From Chamaesiphon sp. (GTDB lineage Bacteria > Cyanobacteriota > Cyanobacteriia > Cyanobacteriales > Chamaesiphonaceae): a DNA stretch of 64,000 nt. This document shows, piece after piece, positions 53,383 through 61,874 of this stretch (positions within the stretch are counted from its first letter, which is position 1; the number at the start of each line of letters is the position of its first letter). A model generated the notes under the pieces. The model was not told the DNA's origin. It searched no databases and saw only the letters and a program-made list of their open reading frames with translations. A program made the position numbers and the translations under genes. Location of the stretch: assembly GCA_965246715.1 (NCBI GenBank), contig CBDFFH010000029.1:32001-96000 (forward strand), given 5' to 3'.

Positions 53383-54219
53383 CTACTCTTTCATCCCTGT
53401 GCTCGCAATACCCTGAATAAACTGCTTCTGTCCTACCAAAAATAGTAATACCACCGGTACGGTAGCGATACCGACTGCGGCCATTAGGAGTTGCCAACTA
53501 TTGGTAAATTGTTCTTGAAACTCGGATAGCGCCAATTGTACCGTGCGAAGTTCGGGACGGGTAGTAAAAATCAACGGTTTGAACAGATCGTTCCATTCAC
53601 CGATGAAGGTGAATAGAAATAGCGTCACCAATGCAGGACGAGATAAGGGTAACATAATCCGCCAGAGAATTTGGAGCCGATTGGCACCATCCAAACTGGC
53701 GGCTTGTTCGAGTTCGATCGGAATGGTGCTAAAAAATTGCCGTAATAAAAAGATCCCAAAACCGTTGGCGGCGGTAGGTAAAATCAGGGCGCTATATGTA
53801 TTCAGTAAATGTCCCCACTTGAGGAGCAAGAAAATCGGGATGACCAGTAATTGGAAGGGAATGACTAGCGTAGCCAGTACCACCAGCAGGAGCGCTTGAC
53901 GACCCCGAAATCTAAGCCGAGCCAATGCATACCCCGCCAACGCCGATGTAAAAATCTGCGCCGCAGTTACCGCCAGTGCCACAAAAGTAGAATTGGCAAA
54001 CGCCAAGAGGAAATTGCCTTGTTGCCAAGCGGCTCGATAGTTGGCAACAGTAAGCTGAGGCGGTAGCTCAAAGCCAGTTGCCGCAGTGTCTACTGGTGTA
54101 AAGGAGGTAATGGCAACGACTACTAATGGAGCTAAAATCAGACCAGCACCAATGATGAGGAGGAGCCAGTTAAGGATTTGCCACCAGCGCAAATAGCCAG
54201 AATCAGAGAACTTATGCAC
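53383..54219 (-). CDS. Carbohydrate ABC transporter permease
   Basis: EAA loop ELEQAASLDGA, WNDLFKPL. Confidence 0.92.
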   Translation of the reverse strand: MHKFSDSGYLRWWQILNWLLLIIGAGLILAPLVVVAITSFTPVDTAATGFELPPQLTVANYRAAWQQGNFLLAFANSTFVALAVTAAQIFTSALAGYALARLRFRGRQALLLVVLATLVIPFQLLVIPIFLLLKWGHLLNTYSALILPTAANGFGIFLLRQFFSTIPIELEQAASLDGANRLQILWRIMLPLSRPALVTLFLFTFIGEWNDLFKPLIFTTRPELRTVQLALSEFQEQFTNSWQLLMAAVGIATVPVVLLFLVGQKQFIQGIASTGMKE

Positions 54220-54426
54220 GGTTTGGTCTACGATCGGTTAAGATAGGGGAGTTTGAAAATTGCAACAAATCTTTAAATAGACAGTCTGTAGTTATGTAGT
54301 TCGCTCGATCGCTATTTTTCGATAAATCTACCCTACACCCACATTATCCCTAAATAGGGATGCAGCCAGCTTTAATGCTGGCGTAAAATAATCTTATTCG
54401 GACATATTTTAGGAGAAATCTAGCTC

Positions 54427-55122
54427 ATGGTGCAGATGGCAGCCAGTTTGGAACTTGACTTCAAAAGCGAAACTTATAAAGATGCCTACAGTCGCATCAA
54501 TGCGATCGTGATCGAGGGCGAACAAGAAGCGCATGAAAACTACATTACCCTGGGTGGACTGTTACCAGACTCCCAAGAAGATTTAGTCAAGTTGTCCAAA
54601 ATGGAACTGCGTCACAAGAAAGGCTTTGAAGCCTGTGCGCGCAATCTCACCGTCACTCCAGATTTAGGTTTTGCCAAAGAGTTTTTTGCAGGGTTGCATG
54701 AAAATTTTCAGGTGGCCGCCGCCGCCGGAAACATTGTCACCTGCTTGTTAATTCAATCGCTGATTATCGAGTGCTTTGCGATCGCTGCATACAATATCTA
54801 TATTCCTGTAGCTGATGATTTTGCCAGAAAGATTACTGAAGGGGTAGTTAAGGATGAGTACATGCACCTTAACTTCGGCGAAGTCTGGCTGCAAGCCAAC
54901 TTTGAAGCATCTAAAGCCGAGTTGCAAACCGCCAACCGTCAAAATCTCCCGCTCGTCTGGAAGATGTTAAACCAAGTCGCCAAGGATGCTAAGGTCTTGG
55001 GAATGGAGAAGGATGCGCTAGTTGAGGATTTTATGATCGCTTACGGTGAAGCCCTCAATAATATCGGTTTCAATACGGGCGAAATCATGCGGATGTCTGC
55101 TTATGGCTTGATGGGCGTTTAG
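54427..55122 (+). CDS. ado: Aldehyde-deformylating oxygenase
   Basis: [41 protein letters not shown]. Confidence 0.96.
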   Translation: MVQMAASLELDFKSETYKDAYSRINAIVIEGEQEAHENYITLGGLLPDSQEDLVKLSKMELRHKKGFEACARNLTVTPDLGFAKEFFAGLHENFQVAAAAGNIVTCLLIQSLIIECFAIAAYNIYIPVADDFARKITEGVVKDEYMHLNFGEVWLQANFEASKAELQTANRQNLPLVWKMLNQVAKDAKVLGMEKDALVEDFMIAYGEALNNIGFNTGEIMRMSAYGLMGV

Positions 55123-55151
55123 ACGCAGAAAACGAGCATCGCCTTAGCGCC

Positions 55152-55190
55152 AGACAAGGCACCAGAGTATCGATGCTCTGGTGCCTTGTC
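55152..55190. terminator. Hairpin between convergent ado and WD40 genes
   Basis: GACAAGGCACCAGAG-TATCGATG-CTCTGGTGCCTTGTC. Confidence 0.75.
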
Positions 55191-55192
55191 AT

Positions 55193-58100
55193 TTATACAT
55201 CGTAATTTACTGCGCCTAATGCTTTTAGCCCATCGATCTGTGCTCTGGTAAGACCTTCGACACCACCGATCTTCATCCCCTCATAAGGACGGCTAGCACG
55301 TCGCGTCGAGATAAGTTGGTGAGTAGTTAGATCCCAAATCCCGATCGTTTCATCTTCGCTCGCACTGGCGATAAACCGACCGCAATAACTCACCGCTACC
55401 GACCAAACCCAACTTTGATGTCCGGTTAGAGTCCTGACACACAAACCAGTCTCCATCGACCAAATTTTAATCGTCCGATCGGAAGCGCCACTAATCAGCC
55501 ACCGACCATCAGGACTGTAGGCAAGCGATAGAATCCACCCTTCATGTCCGGTCAATGTGTGGCACAGTTCGCCCGTGTGGACGTGCCAGAGCAGAATTTG
55601 ACTATCCATGCCACCGCTAGCAAGGATAGTGCCACACGGGTCAAAGGCGACAGCGAGCGATCGATTGCTATGTTGGGTAAAGATCCGTACTGACTCTGGC
55701 TGCTGAAGATTCCAGATTCTGACGGTGGTATCTTCGCTGGTGCTCACAATCGCGGTGTCCGAGAGTGAGTCACTGGGATGATAAGCGAGACTGCCGATCC
55801 GATCGGTATGTCCGTTGCGAACGTGCAAACAGCGACCCCGCTCGGCATCCCAGATTCTAATCGTGCGATCGTTACCACCACTGACTAAATATTTACCATC
55901 GGGACTGTATGCCAGCGTGCAGATCGCCTCGGTATGTCCCCGGAGTGTATGGATGCGAACTAGCGTGCGGGCATCCCAAATGCCGATCGTCCGATCGTCA
56001 CTCCCACTGGCAAAAGTCACCCCTTGCGGATCGTAAGCTACTGTCAGGGTAGATTTGGTATGACCCAACAATTGGTGGACACAATCTGCTGAGTGCAGAT
56101 CCCAAATCCGAATCCCTGCATCGCGACTAGCCGTAATTAATCGATCGCTCTTAGGACTCCACGCGATCGATTTAAACCAATTAGAATAACCGCTGAGTAC
56201 TTGCCAGCATTTACCATCCTCGATCTGCCACAACCGGATCTCCCGGTCTTCGCCACCGCTAGCGATCGTCTGTCCGTTGGGGTGAAAAGCTACCGACCAC
56301 AAGCGTTTAGTGTGTCCCTCCAACCGCTGGAGACAATGACCGTCGGTTTGCCACACGCGTAACAATCCGCCCACTCCCGCACTCGCCAACCGTGTGCCAT
56401 CGGGACTGAAAACCGCAGACCAGATCTCATCGCCATGCCCATCGATAACTAGCAAACATCGATCGCTAGTGGCATCCCAGAGCCGCAGGGTACCATCGAG
56501 ACTACCACTAACGATCTTTTGACCATCTCCACTGAAATCTACTGTTGTCACCCAATTTGTGTGCCCTTGCCAGATGCGTAGGCAATCACCAGTGGCGATC
56601 TCCCACAACCGCACGCTACCGTCCCCACTGCCACTCAGTAATTGGTGCCCTTGCGGGTGAAACTTCAGATCCATCGACCAGCCTTGATGTCCGACAAACT
56701 CGCGGATACAAGTGCCAGTCTGGATCTCCCAGTAATAAATCGTATTGCGATCGCTCCCACTAGCTAAATATCGCCCGTCGGGACTAAAACTCAATCCGAG
56801 AGTGTGAATTCCCTCGCCGAGCGTACTGAGACAGATGCCATCTTGTAAATCCCAAATTTTGAGCGTGCGATCGTCGCTAGAACTGGCTAGATACTGCCCA
56901 TCAGGACTAAACTTAATCGCCCGCACCCAATTAGTATGTCCCAGGCAAGTGAGTACGCATTGACCGTCGCTAAGTCGCCACAGGCGAATTTCCCCGCTAC
57001 TAGTACTGGCGGCAAGGGTATTGCCATCGGGACTGTATGCCAGCGATAGCACGTTACTAAATGTTTGGGTAAAGGCGCAATCCCGCAGGTGCGAGTTGGT
57101 AAAGTTAACCCGCTTTAAGTCAAGGTTAACTAGATATGCTTGCTGGATTACCAATTCCGAGCAATCCAAATCGGTCAGATCCAACTTGAGCTGGCCGCAT
57201 AGATTTAGTAAATTACCAGCGAGATAGCCTTGATGTAGGGGATGGGTGCTTCGCCACCGCGCGAGGATTTGGTATAGCTGTGCGCCGATTTGCTGGGGGT
57301 TGCCGATGCTGGTGCGGAGTCGTTCGATCGCGGGTTGGACGATCGGCCGTAATTGCGCTTGGCGGATATACTCTTTGGCAGTAGCTTGCAAGATCGGATG
57401 CGTATCTAGCAAAAATGGTGTCTGCGTCTCGATTTCCGTACAAATGCGATCGACGAATTTACTGGTGACATATTCCATCACCATCGGTTGGAGCGACCAA
57501 TAGCGATTGCCACGTTCGAGTTGTCTACCGATCGTGAGAATAATGCTGCGACGGCACAAAAATTGTAAAACACTCAGTAACGAAGACGCTCCAGCTGCAT
57601 TGCTAGTGGTGGAGTCTGTAGGCAAACCGAACGGCTGTCGATCTAGTTCCGCCCGATCGTCATCGCGGAACTGGCGATTCCAAGCTGGATGGAGGGCTGC
57701 CTCTAAATTGACGATCGACAGCGGTTCGCGCGCGATTGCCAACCAATACATCACCTGATGTTCGACTGGTGTCAAGCGCTCCCACTGCTGTTCGAGGAGG
57801 TTATGAATATCGGTAAAACTGAATCGCTCCGATCGCAAGTAGGGATAAATTTCACTGACATCACCATCGGCGACTTCTTTCACCACTGCGGCAACAAGTT
57901 GAAACGCTAGTGGATTGCCTCCATAATAACGATCGATTTCCACCCATTCGGCTGCGGCGATCGGCAAACAGCCGCGATCGGCAAAAATCTGTTGTCCCGC
58001 TACCGCATCCAAGCCTGGTAATGTCAGGGTTCTGACCTTAGCATTCACCCCTTCTAGCCAACCCACTTCCGTCGGTTTTTCGCGACTGGTGAGCACCAGA

Positions 58101-58987
58101 CAACTCTGATGATTCATCCGTCCCAAGGTACTAAATAACTCCCCATAATCGGCGTAGCCAGATCGATATCGACCGACTTGTGCCCCACCTTGAAAAATCG
58201 ATTCACAATTATCTAAGAAGATCGCACAGCGATGTTGTTGACACAATACCAGCAATAATTCGATCTGGGCTGTTACTGATGTCGGGATGGCATGATAATG
58301 CAGATCCTTACCACCCAAGACATTTACGGCCGTCTTAGCCGTAGCCGTGCGAATTAAATTGCCGATCAATTCTGGGAGTAATTCCTTGAGTAAGGGCGCA
58401 TTGAGCAAACTCCGCCATAAAATCTGGCTGAAACTTTGACCTCGATCGGGTGCCTCATCTTCGCTCGCACTCCATTTTAGCTGGCGCTTTGGCTCGTGAC
58501 GATCGCTAGTCTGGATCTCAGCTTGCAACGCTTGTGAGAGTTCGATCGCAATTGTCGTTTTGCCCATTCCCCCCATCCCCAAGATCGTCACTAGCCGACA
58601 ACGATCGACTACCAGCCACCGATATAATTGACGACACTCCACCTCACGCCCGTAAAATACTGAGGCATCGATCGTCTCGCCCCAATCGATCCTGGGCGGT
58701 GGTAATAACGGTACATCGATCGCTGCTGGTAACTCAGCTAGTGCTAAAGACTCAATTACCTGACGAAAATTAGTTTTAGAGACTCTCTGTTCGGTAGCAG
58801 TTGCCAGCATTCGCCAAACTTGTGCGCCTACTCCCTTGAGGTAGTCATGGTCGTAGCCAGCTATTTTAGCAAGATCGCGGTAAGATCTACCCTCCCAAGC
58901 TGCCTTGAATACCATTTCTTGGGGTGCAGTTAGGTATCTTGGCGCTAGCAGTTCTTTGACCATCTCCAATGCTAGTTCTACTTCCAT
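55193..58987 (-). CDS. HTH + NB-ARC (STAND) + WD40 repeat protein
   Basis: P-loop GMGGMGKT, LDNCE, LTSRE, GGNPLA; about 14 GH...WD repeats. Confidence 0.93.
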   Translation of the reverse strand: MEVELALEMVKELLAPRYLTAPQEMVFKAAWEGRSYRDLAKIAGYDHDYLKGVGAQVWRMLATATEQRVSKTNFRQVIESLALAELPAAIDVPLLPPPRIDWGETIDASVFYGREVECRQLYRWLVVDRCRLVTILGMGGMGKTTIAIELSQALQAEIQTSDRHEPKRQLKWSASEDEAPDRGQSFSQILWRSLLNAPLLKELLPELIGNLIRTATAKTAVNVLGGKDLHYHAIPTSVTAQIELLLVLCQQHRCAIFLDNCESIFQGGAQVGRYRSGYADYGELFSTLGRMNHQSCLVLTSREKPTEVGWLEGVNAKVRTLTLPGLDAVAGQQIFADRGCLPIAAAEWVEIDRYYGGNPLAFQLVAAVVKEVADGDVSEIYPYLRSERFSFTDIHNLLEQQWERLTPVEHQVMYWLAIAREPLSIVNLEAALHPAWNRQFRDDDRAELDRQPFGLPTDSTTSNAAGASSLLSVLQFLCRRSIILTIGRQLERGNRYWSLQPMVMEYVTSKFVDRICTEIETQTPFLLDTHPILQATAKEYIRQAQLRPIVQPAIERLRTSIGNPQQIGAQLYQILARWRSTHPLHQGYLAGNLLNLCGQLKLDLTDLDCSELVIQQAYLVNLDLKRVNFTNSHLRDCAFTQTFSNVLSLAYSPDGNTLAASTSSGEIRLWRLSDGQCVLTCLGHTNWVRAIKFSPDGQYLASSSDDRTLKIWDLQDGICLSTLGEGIHTLGLSFSPDGRYLASGSDRNTIYYWEIQTGTCIREFVGHQGWSMDLKFHPQGHQLLSGSGDGSVRLWEIATGDCLRIWQGHTNWVTTVDFSGDGQKIVSGSLDGTLRLWDATSDRCLLVIDGHGDEIWSAVFSPDGTRLASAGVGGLLRVWQTDGHCLQRLEGHTKRLWSVAFHPNGQTIASGGEDREIRLWQIEDGKCWQVLSGYSNWFKSIAWSPKSDRLITASRDAGIRIWDLHSADCVHQLLGHTKSTLTVAYDPQGVTFASGSDDRTIGIWDARTLVRIHTLRGHTEAICTLAYSPDGKYLVSGGNDRTIRIWDAERGRCLHVRNGHTDRIGSLAYHPSDSLSDTAIVSTSEDTTVRIWNLQQPESVRIFTQHSNRSLAVAFDPCGTILASGGMDSQILLWHVHTGELCHTLTGHEGWILSLAYSPDGRWLISGASDRTIKIWSMETGLCVRTLTGHQSWVWSVAVSYCGRFIASASEDETIGIWDLTTHQLISTRRASRPYEGMKIGGVEGLTRAQIDGLKALGAVNYDV

Positions 58988-59321
58988 CAGATCTTCTCCT
59001 CAACAGCTTTAGATCTAGAAATCGATTTTGCCAAATTCACGATCTCCAAGCTGAGATATAACGCTCTTGGATTAACAGTATTCCTCAGGCATTCTAACCT
59101 GTTTGACTAGTGATGTTGGGGATTATCTCTTCACTGCGATCCAATCGAACGCAGCTGACATAACCGGGGTACAATCGGTTAAAAACTGTCAGACAGCTAG
59201 TGGTAAGCTGCAAAGATTTGTCTCGATCGAGAGCGTTAGCGCCGAGTCATAAGTGGCGATCTTCCACAGCAACCACTATCGAGATAATTTAAAGATCGCT
59301 AAAACTTAAGGATAATTACTT

Positions 59322-60452
59322 ATGATGCTCGGTCAGTGGTTGGGGATTTTAGTCTTAGTATTATCGCTCTATATCTTGTGGCAAATCCGCCAAATGCTGT
59401 CGCTGGTTTTTGCCGCGATCGTGGCCGCTACCCTCCTCAATCAATTAGCGCGTAAGCTCCAACATCAATTTAGATTATCTCGTCCGCTCGGGGTGCTCGG
59501 AGCCTTAGCAATATTTATTATCATTTTAGTTGGCTTCGCGATCGCGATTTTCCCACCATTTATCAGTCAATTTCAAGAACTTACTACCACAAAATTTCCA
59601 GCGATCGTCAAATATGCCAGTCAGTGGCGCACTCATATTCAAACTTATATCCCAGCCGCACTGATTCCCTATTTACCAGATCTCAATAATCTGGATCGTC
59701 AAGTTCAACCATTATTAAAGTCGCTAGCTGGTAGTTCGCTCACGATCTTTTCTAGCTCGTTAGCTGCAATTCTCAATCTCTTATTTGTGGTGATTTTAAC
59801 GATTATGCTGCTGGCTCAACCTACCAGCTATCGGCGCGTATTTATCGCTTTATTTCCGAGTTTCTATCGACGTAGGGTGAGTGGCATTCTAACCGAATGT
59901 GAAGAATCGCTGGGCAAGTGGTTTGGTGGGGCGATCCTGAGTATGTTAGTCGTAGCCGCACTCAGTTTTATTGGTTTGATCGTATTAGGTATTCCCTTAG
60001 CTTTAGCACAAGCTATTTTAGCTGGCTTACTCAATTTTATCCCCAATGTTGGCCCGACATTAAGCGTTGTCATTCCGATGGCGATCGCCTTACTCGATGA
60101 ACCCTGGAAAGCGATTGCGATTTTTGTTATTTATCTACTAATCCAACAATTTGAAAGTAATTTTCTCACTCCCTATATCATGTCGCAACAGGTAGCTTTA
60201 TTGCCTGCCATCACGCTAGTTTCTCAAATATTTTTCACTACCTTTTTCGGCTTTCTGGGCTTATTATTGGCACTTCCACTTACTGTCGTCGGTAAGGTCT
60301 GGATTAATGCTGTCTTGATTGAAGATATTCTCGATCGCTGGAAATACTTTCGTCAGAGTCCTGCTGAATTAGACCGCACTTCACAGGTAGAAACCGAAGT
60401 GGTGATGACTTCAGAACAGAGCAATGCTGATTCGATCGACGAGTTGAAGTAG
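59322..60452 (+). CDS. AI-2E family transporter
   Basis: Multi-TM; LNFIPNVGP, QQFESNFLTP, GLLLALPL. Confidence 0.9.
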   Translation: MMLGQWLGILVLVLSLYILWQIRQMLSLVFAAIVAATLLNQLARKLQHQFRLSRPLGVLGALAIFIIILVGFAIAIFPPFISQFQELTTTKFPAIVKYASQWRTHIQTYIPAALIPYLPDLNNLDRQVQPLLKSLAGSSLTIFSSSLAAILNLLFVVILTIMLLAQPTSYRRVFIALFPSFYRRRVSGILTECEESLGKWFGGAILSMLVVAALSFIGLIVLGIPLALAQAILAGLLNFIPNVGPTLSVVIPMAIALLDEPWKAIAIFVIYLLIQQFESNFLTPYIMSQQVALLPAITLVSQIFFTTFFGFLGLLLALPLTVVGKVWINAVLIEDILDRWKYFRQSPAELDRTSQVETEVVMTSEQSNADSIDELK

Positions 60453-60973
60453 CGTGATTTCGGGTTAAGGATATTTGCTTATTTCGAGTCCCGCCGCCGA
60501 TTGTGTCTTGTCTCGCTTTTCGCGTCGGGTTTCCCGACGGGCGCGAGCCGTAAATCGGGGCTAGTATTACAAAGTCCGGTTGTTGCCGCTCGCGGCAAAA
60601 GCCTGCCTACGCGGACTGATTAACTAACGTCAGTTCGGGATAAGAATAGCTTGGAGACTTCTAGTCTCTAGGCATTTCCTATCCCGAACTCACGTTACTT
60701 TAACGTGAGTTCGGGATAAGGATCTTTGCTTCGTTCCAGCACCGCCGCCGATTGAAATCGGGGCTAACATTACAAAGTCCGCCTTCGCGGACTGATATCT
60801 TAGTCCGCGAAGCGAAAAGTGCGGTCTTGAGGTTTCCCCAAGTAGAGCACCTTTTCAAGACAGCGACGCGCGCTCCTCGGGTTCCCCGAGGGTTTAGCGC
60901 GTCAAGACAGGCGGACTTTGCATCATGAGCCGAGACTTCTAGTCTCTACGCATTTCCTATCCCGAACTCACGT
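60452..60973. mobile_element. Cluster of three IS982-like MITE units (60452-~60620, 60627-60695, 60703-60973) with four nested mini-elements
   Basis: Repeated ACGT(G/C)AGTTCGGG / CCCGAACTCACGT ends; inserts at 60504-60551, 60578-60604, 60812-60862, 60863-60909. Confidence 0.88.
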
Positions 60974-61071
60974 TAAAGTAGCAAGCTAGATGGCAACAGA
61001 TCGCCGATCGACTTTTAGATTTGTTCGATATTTAGAGCTAGCTTTAGAGCTTTTTTCATCAACTCCAAAAA

Positions 61072-61614
61072 TCAACCGCTCTTGGCAGACTTAGCTGCTG
61101 ACTCCAGATAATGCCGTACACCCTCACCCATCTGACGTAGATTTGGTTCGATCTTTTTACCCAAGAAATCTTCCACAACCCGAGCGATCCCACCTGTCAT
61201 AAAGCTCGGCACGCCTTTAATTTGCGCTGGATCGATTTTGAGTTCGCCACGACTTTCGATCGTAGTGGAGTTGCCATCAGCAATAAAACGATTTTTGCCA
61301 GTACAGTACACCGCCTCCGCGAAAGCATGAGTTTCGATCCGCCACTCCACTCCAAACTCCAACTCGTTCCAGAGATCGTGCTCCGTCCACGACAACATAC
61401 TCTCGCTCAGGATCGCTCTGGCGGCGATTGGAATTTCCCCACCGCCATGCCACTCATATACACAGTAAACCTTCCCATCCTCAGCTCGACGAGACTTGAC
61501 TGTCACACTCCGCACGTCTGGCATGTAAGGTAGGAGTTCGACGAGCTTGTCTCGATAGGTAGCGTAAACCAGATCGCGTGGAAAAGGGAGTTGAAGATCT
61601 GCACGGATAAGCAT
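61072..61614 (-). CDS. Hypothetical protein, possible START/SRPBCC fold
   Basis: Clean 180-aa ORF; fold is a guess from the pattern. Confidence 0.65.
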   Translation of the reverse strand: MLIRADLQLPFPRDLVYATYRDKLVELLPYMPDVRSVTVKSRRAEDGKVYCVYEWHGGGEIPIAARAILSESMLSWTEHDLWNELEFGVEWRIETHAFAEAVYCTGKNRFIADGNSTTIESRGELKIDPAQIKGVPSFMTGGIARVVEDFLGKKIEPNLRQMGEGVRHYLESAAKSAKSG

Positions 61615-61874
61615 TATGTTCTGCCTGGATGTTGGGGATAGCGATTGTCATTCCGGATTGCTACTAACGATCGCGCCATGCTAAGAAGATGTCTATTAGC
61701 ATCCTCCCAAATAATCCTCTCCAAGATATCTATCCGACTAAAATCATTACATTTCGATCTTTGTCCTCCTTCTCCTCAAATTGTTACAAGCGAACAACTT
61801 ACCGATCTCAAAGCAGCTAAATAAATTACAGTTAGAGAAGGTAATCACACCGCGATCGAAATCAAACGGGGAAA

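Noticed and set aside
60452..60973. Possible CRISPR array
   Set aside because: Repeats are inverted MITE ends and nested hairpins, not equal direct repeats with unique spacers; no cas genes in the window.
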